From NCBI GenBank assembly GCA_051294375.1, contig CM119264.1:11259832-11323831 (forward strand): a stretch of DNA of 64,000 nt, in the 5' to 3' direction. How positions within the stretch are numbered: position 1 is the stretch's first letter; each line of letters opens with the position of its first letter. Positions 1 through 21,260 of this stretch are shown here, piece after piece. The DNA comes from Paraspadella gotoi (lineage: Eukaryota > Animalia > Chaetognatha). Both the position numbers and the translations under genes were made by a program. The notes beneath the pieces were generated by a model. It was given only the letters and a program-made list of their open reading frames with translations, was not told the DNA's origin and made no database searches.

Positions 1-233
1 GACGGAGGGCAACGTGACGCGAGCAATAGAACCGTCTATCACGATGTGGTTTTAAGTGTATAATTATGTTTTATCATATCCTTTTCTTGTTTTTTATTTC
101 CTTGAATACGTTCCTAATCTTTTTTTTTATTCTTTTCTTTTCTTTTCTTTTCTTTTCTTTTCTTTTCTTTTCTTTTCTTTTCTTTTCTTTTCTTTTCTTT
201 TCTTTTCTTTTCTTTTCTTTTTTTTTCTTTCAT

Positions 234-316
<83 letters not shown>

Positions 317-1043
317 CACCGTCAGCAAAGCGCGTGTTTCGCTGACTCCTGTTCGTCGCTTCCCCGATTCTTAGAATGACGTCTTCGTCGGCGTCGAAGT
401 CTCCCTCTGTGGCGCCCAGGCCTCCATAGGAGGCGTCGATGCTCCATTTGGCCAGCGCGTTGATGTCTTTGGAGTCTCTGGCGACGTTGGAGGTTCTGGC
501 GTTGGAAGCGGCGTCTTTGCCGCCCGAAGACCGCGCCGAATCTCCGGTGACGTTGATGAGAGTTTCGAAGGATTCCGCGTTTTTCGTCTTCTTCAGGCTG
601 TGATTCATTCGCTGCGACAAGCGGGCCACTCGGAATCCGTGGGGCTCCCAGGGTAGATCATTGTGGTCGTTTTCGAGGCTCGGAAGATGCATCACCGACA
701 TTTCATGGGGGGGGGGCGCTACTACGAATATATCGCCCCTTAGGGAAAAGGAGAATGAGCTTAGCCTCTGATTACAGACATGCGGGGGCCCCCTTTCTTG
801 TCTTTTATTTCTTGGGTTTTTTTTCGCGTCTTTTCCCTAGCTAAAAACCGGAGTCTCGATTCGCTATTCAAATCGTCGCTCCTGAGGACGAAGTACGACG
901 GACCGAGAAAGGTAAATGGATTTTTCATCGTCACTTAGTCTCAAGAAATTCGGCGATCGAAGATCTCAAGGGGAGATACGAACGGGACCGATGATCGAGC
1001 GAGATTCAAACATGAGATTTAATTTGGGCTAAAACTTTGTGTT

Positions 1044-1142
<99 letters not shown>

Positions 1143-2082
1143 ATTCTGTTCATTCTGCCCCTCAGTTGTATTTACTTGTTCTATCCGTGAGTCAGCATGT
1201 ACTTTTCGTGTCTCGCAAGATGACACTTAACCTTCGTGTCAAAGATATATTCTCGTTTGCGGAGATAAGAAATGGAAAAAAAGAAGAGAAAGAAAATGCA
1301 AAAGAAGAAATTTCCGATAAGCGACAAGTTAAAAACAAATTTAAAAGAAAAACCCTGATCTTTTGAACTCTGCCTTCTGCTTTTTTTGTGCACTGAATCA
1401 AACCGGCTTAAACTTTTTTACTTTTTTACATATTATTGCTAATATTGTAAATTATTGTCAAACGTCTTTTACTATTTTATACAAAATTATTTTTTGTAAA
1501 ATCATTAATAAAAAATCGACAGAAATTTATTCATTCAAAAAAAAATTAATAAGAAAAAGAACAATTAAAACCACAAAAAAATTATTCTTATCGACTTCGT
1601 GAACCGTCGCCCATCGAACAACTTACTTGACTCCATCACAAAATGGCGACGAACCTTCGAACTTCCCTTCACTTCTTCCTCTTCCTCTTCGTCCTCCTCC
1701 AGCTCTGCCTCGTCGGCATTTCCTCCATCTTTCGCGCCACCCTTACCTTCATGGAGAAACAGTTTCAGATCAGTTCCAAGATCAGGTGAGGCTCGGGTGG
1801 GATCAGGTAGAAGCCGGTTGGGGGCAAACCTTTGAATCTTAATAGCAAATAGCAATATGAAAAGACAGGCGTAAAAACATAAGAGTAATTGACGATCCTA
1901 TCCTTTCTCTCTTTCTGTCTCCTCCCAGCGGTTTCATAGTAACCAGCAACGACATCCCTTCTCTGCTGCTGATCATCCCGACGACCTACTTCGGCGTCCG
2001 ACTCCATCGACCTTTCTGCATCGCCGTCGGCGGCGTCGTCGTCGCCGTCGCTTGGGCCGCCGTTGTCGCTCCTCACTTCTTT
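1..2082 (-). CDS. Spliced gene of unknown function (hydrophilic, low-complexity); partial, antisense to and probably nested in an upstream OATP intron
   Basis: Six phase-consistent GT-AG exons: 2082-1894 (KEVRSDNGG...KDRI), 1837-1627 (IQRFAPNRLL...MES), 1251-1203 (YIFDTKVKCHLARHEK), 881-780 (SDDLNSESRLRF...GPRM), 738-320 (GDIFVVAPPP...RFAD), 35-<1 (GSIARVTLPSV). Start codon not located and no recognisable domain. Confidence 0.55.
123..315. repeat. (TTTTC)n/(TTTC)n microsatellite, representative of dozens of AG/AAAG arrays in the window (e.g. 1048-1137, 17000-17365, 19109-19218, 51955-52078, 62555-62666)
   Basis: Direct reading; these arrays generate the SLSL/RERE/FFLS pseudo-ORFs. Confidence 0.95.
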
Positions 2083-2496
2083 CTGCGTGAGAGGACGGCG
2101 AGAGGGAGGGGCAGAGAGAGAGAGAGAGAGAGAGAAACGGATCTATTGTATTGATAAACTAACTTCAACTGCAATTTAAAAAAAAACTGAGTTTGGACAA
2201 ATTTTTCGACTTAGCCTAAGCTCTTGTCCAGACAGCAACCTTTCAGGTTTTTATCATTCCAGAGATGGTATATTTCCATTTTCTTTTTCCTCCTATAAAA
2301 CGAACCGTGCTAAGTTTAAACGCTTCTTTAATGAATAGCGGGTTCGTTCGATCGTTTATTTTTTGTTTTGTTTTTCTTGTTTTTTCGATAATTAGTTGGA
2401 TTATTCGTTCTTATATTCGTTTTTTTTTTGTACTTCTAACGTTCATTCGTTTTTTTTTTGTTCGTTCGTTCTTTCCCTCTCCCCTCCCTCCCGCAG

Positions 2497-9880
<7,384 letters not shown>

Positions 9881-9892
9881 GAGATTAACAAC

Positions 9893-9898
9893 AATAAA
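9893..9898 (+). terminator. Candidate polyadenylation signal of the OATP gene
   Basis: AATAAA starting 13 nt after the TAG stop at 9880. Confidence 0.45.
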
Positions 9899-10447
9899 TA
9901 AATGAAAACAAAAGTATCAATGTGAAAATACATTTTTTTAATTCAAACATTAAATACCACAGCGATGATGAAAGAGTACAAAACGAAGCTGATTTAAAAA
10001 ACAGAACGAAACAGATAAACAGAAAAATGTTTTTAAGAACCATACGTATTTTTTTTTTTTTTTGGGGGGGGGTTCAGTTTCGAAATACGATTGTCTTTTG
10101 TTTGTTGACAGAGAAGATCAGTCGTTTGAGCGTAACTGGGAACAAGATTTCCCGCGATCAAAAAAAAAAAAAAAAGATTTAAGGAGAAATTGAAAGAGAG
10201 AAAGATGAGACGGAAGGAAAATGAAGAGAGGAAATATTGAAGATAATAAAAAATAAGAAGATTTAAAAAAAATTGGAAAAATGAGAAAAAAGAAGACATA
10301 AAAAGAAATAAAAAACAACAGAAAAACAAAACGGATCCAAGAAATGTCGGGACCACGAGGTAACGGGACGGAGTGGCGAGGGGTTCACGTTTGGGGTCAG
10401 GGTCAGGGTCAACGACGCATCGACGTTACTGAGGGAATCTAGATTTC

Positions 10448-11007
10448 TCAGAATTTGAGTCGACTCTCGTCTTCCGCCGTCAGCGTTTCTTCGCTCGGCG
10501 TCGACGCCTCCATCTCCAACGGACTCTTGGCGCCGCCCACTTCCGGTCTTGGCTTCTGCCGCACCCACAGTTGAAGGGCGGTTTCCGACGAGACGACGGG
10601 CCGCGTCTCCATGGTCCGGGCGTGGAGAACGCCGCCGCCGCCTCCGTTGATGGAGAAGACGTGGGGCGGGTTGAGGGCGTTGACGGGGTTTCCGAGCTGA
10701 TCGGAGACGGGCGTCGAGATGGCGCTCTGAGTCAGCAACGGGAATTGAGGCATGGCGGCGTAGTCCGAGGCGACGGCGTAGCGGGAGAAGATGGGACTGT
10801 CCACGGCGGCGACGGCGGCTGCCGCTGCGGCGGCGGCGGCGGAAGCGGCATCGGCGTCAGACGCGCAAGAGGAGGGCAGCGCGCTATTGTCAGACCGAAG
10901 GACACCGTCAAACGCCCGCGAAGGACCCGGCCCGCGGTATCGTCCGCGCCCTAGGGTGAAGGAGGAGTATAGGGGGGATTGCCCTGGGTTGGGGGGCGAG
11001 GAATCGC
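10448..11007 (-). CDS. GC-rich terminal exon with poly-Ala, probably the long cytoplasmic tail of the PLPPR-like gene
   Basis: CAG acceptor after a pyrimidine tract at 11008-11010; phase-1 open frame DSSPPNPGQSPLYSSF...AAAAAAAAVAAVDSPIF...DESRLKF*. Linkage to PLPPR is inferred from strand and phase. Confidence 0.65.
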
Positions 11008-14000
11008 CTGGGGGGTAGGGGTAGTGAAGGGCGGAGAGGGTTGTAGGAAAAGGGGAAAGAAAAACAGAAGTTATATATAAGTATTAAATCTTTAAATTAC
11101 CTTAAATGTTTCTAATTGAATGAAAAGTTAGCGTGCTTTAAATTCCAAGCTGCTTATATTGTAAGTGTTTAGCTAACATGAAAACAAAAAAAAACACGTT
11201 TTCATGATCCGATTTGCAATAATATAATCGCCTTTTCTGATAAGATTTATTGGGTTAGCATTCCGAAATGAACCCATAAGCTATGGCAATCAATGATTGT
11301 TTACACTCTGTCACGAGTGTAATTGATTGTTAATCGAATATCAAGCGAGCGTCAAAAGCTTTTTGTTGGTGCCGACCAAAGAAAAAAAAATCATTGGGGG
11401 GAAGAAAAATCGATACAGTACCTTTCTCATTCAATCACTCACATCACACTTTTCCTCTCTATCCGTATGTTCGGGACTCAGGGTAGGGAGGGCACGAAAA
11501 GAAGAATGGGGTAAGGAGAGATGAAAGGTAGAAAAGGGGAAAGAGGAAGGTTAAAGCAAAATAGTTGAGAGGGGAGAGGAAAAGTAAGCAATCGAGGAAG
11601 AAAGAGGGAGTAAAGAAAAAAAGCGGAGATGTTAGAGAAGAAAAACCAACCAAAGAAGAGAAGAAAGACAAAAGAAAGAAGGGAAAGAAGAAAAATAAGA
11701 AAAAAAGTAGGGGTAGGATCGGGGAGGGAGAGGGGAAAAAAAAATTTGAGTTCGCAGGTGCGTAAAGCCGTCGCGAGGGCGGAGCGAGGCGGGGCAGAGC
11801 GAATGTCACCTTTCACACCTTTCAGAATTTCAAAAGGCGGAAACGTGCTAAGCTTTCCCGAAAGGGGGAAAAGCGGGGGAGGGGCCTCTGAATCAAGGAG
11901 GTGGGAAATGGTGGGTGCGTGGGGGTGGAATCTGAATGGAGTGAAGAGTGGAGGTGTGAGAAAAGCCTGTAGTAGGTTTCGCAACGGGAAACCATAGACG
12001 CGGGGAAAGAAACCGGAACTGAGGCGACAACCCGGATTCGTTTCCGGAATTTTTTTTTTCCCTTTCGCTCGGAGAAACACGAAAAGTGAAGGATGACGTT
12101 GGTTTTTTATGTCGGTGAATTTTTTTTTCTTTTTCCGCTGTCGGATTAACCTATCGATCGAACAACTTTCGATATTTCACTCCGACGTAGTCACTACGCA
12201 TCGTTGCATCCCAATGGTGAGTGTCCTCCTGTTATGAACTTTCTTTACCCTTTATCCCAACCGTCGTCTTTCCATTTAAAACGACCTTTCAACTTCAACC
12301 TTAGTCGGTACTCTTAACCTTTCACCTTAACTCACACTTCAGCGTTACTTTAATTATGCATGTAAATTGTAGAATTGTGGAATTTGGGGATAAGGCGCTA
12401 CGTGGGCTGAAGACTTCTGGAACGGGTCCGGTGCTCGATGGTTTTCTTGGCCCTCAAGGTCTTACGGCCGTCCTAATTCTTCTTTTAGCGTGCGTGGGGA
12501 TCGATCTCAGTGCCTAATGGTCATAAGATGATGACTTAACTCAATGAGCTACCGGTTTCAATGGTTATTGTTTGAACCTTGCAATGCCCGACTACATGCA
12601 TCTCTGCCTCAGTCTTGACCCTTCATCTCTAGTTCAGTTTCGACCCTTCATCGTGACCATTTCCATTAAACCTTCCTTTTGAGTTTGACCCTTCATCTCA
12701 ACCAGGTTCTCAACCTCGTCTTGACCCTCCGTCGTTGCTTCGGACTCGGAAGTTGGCGAAGATGGTTTTTAACCTCGGCATTCGACCTTTCGATTTCCCA
12801 TTTTCCGACCACTCATTTTTCATCGTCTCGCATCTGAGATCAATCCGACACTGAGTTGACCCTGAGACCTCGTTCCCGAGATCCCGAGACCTTGCGAACC
12901 TCGGATGATAACAACTCGATATAACTGGTGATCGAAAAAACACGGTTCAGCAGGGAATCTTCCCGCTTTGCATCTATTTTAGCCACTTGTTAGCCAATAC
13001 ACCGCTATTTCTTTTCCATTTAAAAAAAAAAAATAATGAAACGATGTAAATAAAATTTGGCAGTAGACTATAGCAATACTTTAAAGTTAGAATGTCAAAA
13101 CAGAATTGGGAAAAAGGGATAACCGTATATTAGCGTTGATGACACTTCATTTCTGACTCATGCTTACGATTTGGAATTAACATAATGATAATGAAATTAA
13201 ACATATAGAAGAGTAAGCAAAAAAATTGTTTTACTTTTCTATAAAAAATTGTTTACAATTACTTCAAAAAATGACATTTTAATGATAAATCCTAAAAATA
13301 TTCTTTTTTTAATTGTGTTAAAATGACAAAATGTAAATAATGGTTTTGTGGCGAATCCTAAATTCGCCTCCCGTATAGCTTGGTGAAACTCAGCTCGTCC
13401 CATTGACTTGGACAGCTAAGTACTTGTTCACGAACCGTGAGTTCCGGGTTCAATCCCCTACCGGTCACGCTGGTTAAAGTGTGATGGTGTCATCATAAAC
13501 ACGCCAGTGACATGAGGTGGTCACTGCAGGTCCAAAGCCTTGAGCGCCAGCTGTCGGGAGATTCTTCACACCCCAGGCATCACACATGTCCTCCCCTTTT
13601 GCCATAGATTCAATAAAATTGTAGGAAATGGACCAGAAGATGGATCTGATAGACCAAATGGTTTGCCTATCTTGGTTTTTCCATCTTTTCTCTTTTCTCC
13701 TTCGACAGAAAGAAAAGAAATTGGTTGTGAAAAAGCTTTGAAAATAACTTAGGGTAAGTTATCACTAATCTGCTTGTTCGTTTCTGGTGAAAGATTGTTT
13801 TTCCATATATGTTTTATGTCTCTGAATCTCTGTAAAATCCAGCCATCCAATACGGTATTTTTTGGTATGAAAAAAGTGGCTACTTTTGTGAAATTTAAAA
13901 GATAATTAAAATTTCTGTAATACTTAATCCTTGTAATCGAGTGTAGGCTAAAGATCACGCATTCAGACCCATATCTTCTTACATTCCTATTTAAATAATA

Positions 14001-17000
14001 CTACTCATACAATTTACTAAACAAATCGTTCTTACCTTTGCCCGTCTTGATAATGCCGTTCCCCACGGACGAAGGAAAGTAGATGTCGTTGCCAATTCCG
14101 TTGGGCATCGCTGTAAAAACGAGTGAGAAAAAAAAAATCTTTGATCGACTTTGAGAATAAAATTGCCTTTAAAAAAGTTCCTTTTAATCGGTCAGTTCAA
14201 GGTCAACGGGCGTCGGGCAGTCGGGCGGCGAGGGGCTATAAAACGACCCTTAACTCAAAAAGGAGAAGCGACTAAAAAAAGAACCGCGATTGAGAGTAAA
14301 AGAGAAAAAGATAAGAAAAAAACTTGACTTTTATAAACTCGACTCAATTATGGAAATATGCGCAAAAATTTTTTTGTATACGAGAGCGATGTTTATACTA
14401 AAAAATATCTTTCACGAGCTCCAAAAACAACGTCACTAGAAAACAGTAAATTTTGATTTATTACGATATATTAATTAAAATAACGTAAAAATTAAATATA
14501 CGTGATCGCCAAGTCAAAAAAGCGTCGCGAGAGGAAGTGCCCAGTAGGCAATTCCCTGCTCAGGTTCAACGACACAACACAAGGGGTCGTTTATTTCAGG
14601 ATCCCCTCGCCCTCGCTCTATATCCCAAGATTTTATGACCGCAAGATTGGTAGCAGCTGACGCCCAACATCAACATCAACAACAACAGCCTATTAAATCG
14701 AAAATTAACTACGACATCGCCAGCTGAGAACCGCCACTACCTACATCGGATCGGACCAATACGCATTATGTAGGCGTTCGAATCCCCGCCAGAAAAAAAT
14801 TTCGGGCAACGAGATAAAAGGCAGATTCGATCACACGCCGATCGACGACGACGACGTCAACTGACCCGCTTCTTGGCCCAAAGGATCGTCCCGGTCAAGG
14901 CGCTTGTTGTTGTTGTTGTTGTTTCCGATGGATTCAGTTTCAAAACGATTTCCGTTTCGGCGTCGGAGGCCAAGGGAAATCCCGCCGCGGTCTTCTGAAG
15001 CTGGTGGTGATTGTTTGGGGGGGGGGTAGGGTTGGGGGGTGGGACAGAAAGGGGGATGATTTAGAAAATGAGGGGGGGTGGACGAAATTTAAAAAAAAAG
15101 AGTTAATTATCGTCGTTTTGTAGTTAAGTAATATTACTACCCGCTGGATGTGAACAAATGAACCTTCCACGGCATTCCGTACCTAATCGCCTTATCAGGT
15201 CGAAATGCTACTTTCAAAACGCATTAGAATTTAGATGCGGGGGGCTCTCCACTGGAGAGTCTCCAGTATCCAGACCGTCAACCACCCAACTTCAAATTCT
15301 CCAAAAAGATTCGTAGTCAAAAAGAAGGGATTTGTCGTAGAGAAAAAGGAGGAAAAGTAAGAAAAAAAAACGGACTAAGAGCGGAAGATGGAGGGCGGGG
15401 TGAGGGGCTTATATGGTTAAGAGTAAGTTTAGGAGGGGCAGTTGCGGTTCGGTCGGTCGGAAAACAAGAGCGGCGACCGAAAGACAAAAAAGGTGGAACT
15501 CGGGTTCAAATTTCCGCGGGAGACCGTTTAAAACTCTCGCGGGGTCGACCAATACTTTAAAAATAGACATAAACATTGGCGGAAACGCAAGGTTTTATTT
15601 TTACACGTTTCCGGGGTCTTTTGGGGTTTAACTCGGGCACGTTGGGTTTTAACCAATATAAAAGGCGATTGTCAAGTGATATAGATTAAAATAATAAGTG
15701 GAAAAATTTTAAATTAATTTAAAATAATTTAAACTAATCGAAGGAATTTTAGTATATGAAAAATGTTATATTAAAACTTAATATATCATTTTTCATTAAG
15801 TAACAATATTTGATATAATTTTTTTCTTAAAACTAAATGGAAATCGCAATTTTTTAATATTGTAATTTAAAAAAAAATAATAATAATAATACTTTATCTA
15901 TGAAAGTATAAAAACAATAAATAATCATCCATTCATTATTTTATTTAATATTGTCCAAGCCTCAAGGACATGCTATGCTGGCTATGGATTTAATGCAAAA
16001 CTTTGTATATCTAAAACAGTTACAAAAATTTAGCTACCTAACTTGCTCTGAAGCTGGATGTGGTTTGAGTATAAGTAAGAAGGAAACGCGATAAAAAGAA
16101 GCCCGAACTCAATTTTAGCGCAAACTTTTTTTTCAAGTTTAAAAGACGTCGCAAAGCCAGACACAGTTTCTGTTCCCGCATTGTATGCACAATGTACATA
16201 TAAACTCACCCCTGAACATTTTTTTTTTAGTTTTAAAACTAACTTCCCCTTTTTACCGGGGATACATTTTCATCGACTGTTTACTTTTGGCATTAATTTT
16301 CGCATTATTTACTCTTTGCATTGTTTACTTTTCGCATTTGTTTACCCGGGCGACGAGGAGAGTTGGAAGACTTTGGGATCGGGAGACGATGAATTAGACG
16401 TCGTCGTCGTTTTTCTCGGGTTGGTGATGGCGCCACCGCTGTCGCTATCTGTTGCGGGTAAGGGGGGGAGGGTAAGGATAATGAAGAGTTTGTTAGAGAT
16501 TGAGAGAGTTTGTAATCTTATTGGTTGGGCCGTTGTAAGTAGAAAAGCTTTGTTTGATGGAAGACTATGAAATTGCAACAACCAATATAAAATATATATA
16601 TGTATATATGTATATGATGATGAAAAACAGAAAACTCTTGTTGACCTTGTCTTGTCTCTTTGTTATTATCTTTCTATTCGCTTTAACAAACGTTATTAAA
16701 GAAAGTGACTCAGCTTTTTTCGTCGTTGTTGTTGAAAGCTTGACCATTACGACTGGCCAACGGTGATATATCTGCGCGATCATATGGGTGAAGTCGAGGG
16801 GCAATAAAGAGGTTTGTACGCTACAACGACTCAGCAATGTAAATCGGTATTAGGAAGACATTATGGAAATCCGTGACGTCGAGTGGCAATGATTATGCCA
16901 ACCGATGATATGATAATCGCGGCGAAGCGACCGCTCCGCATTGGGTTTAATCTCATCTCAGAAATAAGAACCAGTGCTTTTCTCTTTCTTTTTGTACTAC

Positions 17001-17269
17001 TTCTCTTTCTTTTTTCTTTCTTTCTTTCTTTCTTTCTTCATTGCATTCATTCTGACTTCCATCTCTATTCCCCTCTCTCACTTCTTCTCTTCTTCTCTCT
17101 CTCTCTCTCTCTTCTCTCTCTTCTCTCCTCTCTCTCTCTCTCTCTCAATCTCTCTCTCTTTCTTTCTTTCTTTCTTCTTCTCTTTCTTTCTTTCTTTCTT
17201 TCTTTCTTTTTCTTTCTTTCTTCTTCATATCATTCTCACTCCCACTCTATTTCTCTTTCTCTTCATTCT

Positions 17270-17343
<74 letters not shown>

Positions 17344-18666
17344 CTCCCTCTCTCTCTCTCCCTCTCGGCTCGTATGAATCTTCATTTGCATCGAGGTCTT
17401 TCGCTTCTTCTTTCCTCTCCAGCAGCTCAACTCCCGGACTCACATATTTTGTTTCCGGTCATTAGTTCACATTCGTAGTTCACATTCGTAGTTCACACGG
17501 AAAGTTCCTTTATCCGTTAGTTTTATCCCGACTTTGCATACAAAATATTTAACTATTTTAACCTCCAATATCATATTCACAGTCTTAATCATTTATCACA
17601 ATGATATTATATAACTTGTTCTTCAATTATAAGTTTTAAATATTTAAAAAGCTGGAGATGTTATCCAATTTTAAAATACGTGCCTTGACGTTTGTCAGAT
17701 TTTGTATTTGGAAATTGGAGCGATGTAAATTTTTTGATGGTCGCCTCAGCATTGTCGTCCTCCAATAACAAACTTTCCCTGCTGACTTTTTAGTTCTCGT
17801 TTCGATTTTGCAATTGCAATTGCTTTCGCCTTTTTGTATCGCTTTCTGACTCTATTTCGAGCATCGGCCTTGGTTTGGCGCGAATGAAGTGTCGCGGTGA
17901 ACTCACCTTGACCTTACCTCGTTTACCTCGCCTCTCCCCGCCGATCCTGATATCCGTGGCTCATTTCACTCGCCTCCGCTTTTATTTTTTCTTTCCAAAT
18001 TTTTTGCCTTTTTCCGCCAAAATATTTTTTCTATCTTTGATCCTGATTTGAAACACGAACATGTTTAAAAAAAAATATATATATATATTATATATAATAG
18101 GTAGGTATTGTCGTATAGTATCTTTTAATTGCGTTTGATTTAATTTGTTTTGTTCACAAACAGAGAATTTGTTTTTATTTTGATTAAAAGTACATATATC
18201 ACGTTGAACAAAACAAAATTCTTCATTTAATGATTCCATATTAAACAAAATAAATAAGCAAGTTAAAATCAAATAATTCAACATATTCGAAGAAAACTAC
18301 TAGAACATATACTACATAAATGAATTTAAAGAATATTTCAACTTTTCTGTGCATGTTCCTGGTTCATATTTGTACATTTGTACATTGTATATTGTACAAT
18401 GACATTTAAAAAAAAATTGTAATTCGTAAAACAGCTTCATTTAATTCCACTCAGATTCGTTGAGATTCGTGAAGCGGCTGCTTTTTTGTTTACCCTTTAT
18501 CATCGTTTCTCTATTTTTCCTCTTTTGCCGAAAAAAAGAAAGAATCATTATTTGCCCCATCACCCTTGACATCTATTTGCCCTCTTCTTTTCTATTTTTC
18601 TCAAATCCACTGTTTTTCTCTTCCGTTGATTTGAAAGCAGAGAGAGAGAGAGAGCAGAGACCCGAG

Positions 18667-18706
<40 letters not shown>

Positions 18707-19109
18707 TTAATTATGATTTTTTTTGTTTCTGGGCTTGGAAGGCCGGTCCGCGTTGCGACGTCAAAATATTCCGAGATCTCGACACGAATTTTCGGCAGAT
18801 TTGAGTGAACTTCGAACTTTGCGCTGGTGATTTGATTAATTAATGGTTAATTTGCCGCAAACTGATTTGAACTCTTTGTCTTTGAACTTTTTTTTTTGCT
18901 TAATTCAAGAAAAAAAAACTGATCTTACGGTATTTTTTGGTACCGAAATTCTCCCCCGCAGAGTTTCCTGTTAAACCCATCACCGTTTTGTCAGCCTGTC
19001 TCTCTGTTTGCGCGGCTGTTTTTTATTTCTATCAATAACTCTCTCTCTCTCTCTCTCTTTTTCTCTATCTCTCTCTTCTCTTTGTCACGTCTCTCTCTCT
19101 CTCTCTTGA

Positions 19110-19201
<92 letters not shown>

Positions 19202-21164
19202 GAGAAAGAAAGAAAGAAATTCTCCACCCCATCGCCAACACACCTTGAAGTATGTCGTCCGCCTTAAGGAGATCCTCTTCCTCTTCCTCTCCAAATTCGT
19301 CGTCGAGTCCAAAGTCTTCCCCGAATCTCTGCAGCACGAAAACGGCCAAGTAGATCGCCATCGCCGAACCTAGGAAGCAGAATGCGGCACGATCAGCCGT
19401 AGGCGAATGCGGCAGATGGTGCTGCACCCTCCAGAGAGTACACACCAGTCAACGTCTTCAAACAAATGGTAAAAAAGAAAAAAGGCTTTCCGTATCTGAT
19501 TATACGAGAAAGAAATTGTAAAGTATTAACTAATGGGATGTTAGCTAATCGCCTCAGCCATAAAGCCAAAGGAAATATCGACGCAAAAGAAAATCCATTC
19601 TTAATTCAATCATTTTTTTTTTCATTTGGATTTTATTTCCATTTTTTGTTGTTTTTTATTAGAGACAGGCAGAGAGAGAGACAGAGAGGAGAAGAGAGAG
19701 AGAGACAGAGAGAGAGACAGAGAGAGAGAGACAGAGAGTGAGAGAGTGAGAGAGAGAGAGTGATAGAGAGAGTCGATCCTAATAACTTTTTTTGCGGTTC
19801 GAAAGTCGAAATTTTCTCGTTTTCACCCAAATGAATTCGCACCATAAATTTTCACCCGTCAGCAAAATAAAAAAAGGGGAAAAAAAATAGACTGTGATTT
19901 CGAACGCTAATTTTGAGGTCGACCTATTTCAATATTATTTTTATTATTCCTTTTGAATTTGTTTCATTCAATTTTACAAAAATAAATCTCTTAAGAGTGC
20001 ACCTTTTAAGCACTAAAATCTGAGATTAAAGCAATGTTTATTGTTAAATTTAAGGATCCATTATTTTATAAATCACTCACACCGAACTAAATTACCAGCC
20101 ACTCTACTTCTTAATCTTTTTCTCGAGTTCCTAAGCTCTCTACTCCTCTCGGACCTTGGCATCTCCTCCCATAACTGGACATAAATCATTGAGATCAGCC
20201 TCATCTCTCTCGTAATTTCATCGTCAGTCGCTCATGGTATAAATCACGTGGAGCGGCATCAATTCTCTCGGAATTTTATCGTCGGTGAGGAAATGAATTC
20301 TTGCTGAATGCAGCATCGTAAAAGAAATCTATGTTTAGTAACAATTTACATAACTCGATTGTAAATCATTACGTTTTATAATATCATTTTTTCCATTTTT
20401 TTCATATGTTTATCCTTATCTTATTCAGCTTATTATCATTTCAAAACAGAACCCCAGCCTCCTAAAATAGTCACATCTCACACAATCTCACAGTCGACCT
20501 TCCGTGATGTATAAATCATCAAACCTCACCAACTTCTAATCTCTTCGTCCGAAAGAATTTCTCACTTTTCTTTCGGACAAGAAGGAGAGGCCTCGCCCGC
20601 CGCCTCGCCCGCCGCCTCGCCCGCCGCCTCGCCCGCCGCCTCGCCCGCCCACGAGTCACTTACCAAGAGAGTAGCGCCCTCGACCTCATCCGGGTCGTCC
20701 CGTCCAAACCTCGGAGCGTAATAGTCGAAAGGTGGGTTTCAAACTCACCGCCGCCCGCTCCCCATCCCTCCCGACCACCTAACCACCCCCGCACCACCCC
20801 GTCCACCCAACTCGGAGCCTTTCTTAGCCTCACTCACCCAGCGAGAAACCAGCGGCCACGTCGACCCCATGACTTTTATGGTGCGCGAGGCGAGAGAGAC
20901 CGGAAACGAGGGAAACGCCCCCGAGGCCCAGGCAAAGAAACGAACGCAGGATGTAGACGCCGTGGCCCTGGGTTTAGAAGGGGGGGAGAATGGTTACGAG
21001 AAACGGGGGGAATGGCTTTCTTTTTTTTCATTCGGGGGAGCGGGAAGGGAGAAGGTTATGTATAGTTTTTTGGGTTCCGGGAGCAATGGGCGTGGGCCGC
21101 GGGGAAAGGAGCCCAGGCTGATTAATGACGGTTTGAAAGGGGAAATGAATCGGCGGAATAGTAC

Positions 21165-21260
<96 letters not shown>

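Noticed and set aside
56-379. ORFs made of FFLS/SLSL/RERE/KERK repeats here and throughout (e.g. 16883-17465, 22999-24205, 26399-26934, 60449-61429)
   Set aside because: Translations of microsatellites or purine-rich low-complexity DNA that lack stops by composition.
16346-16770. Exon-like pieces on the - strand (16448-16346 and near 16770)
   Set aside because: Could not be fitted into the phase-1 chain of tail exons; left unassigned.
19370-19445. Apparent degenerate PAP2 motif 3 (LWRVQHHLPH) in ORF 19065-19445
   Set aside because: Intronic: the real motif 3 is in exon 20967-20838, which splices in phase to 19369.
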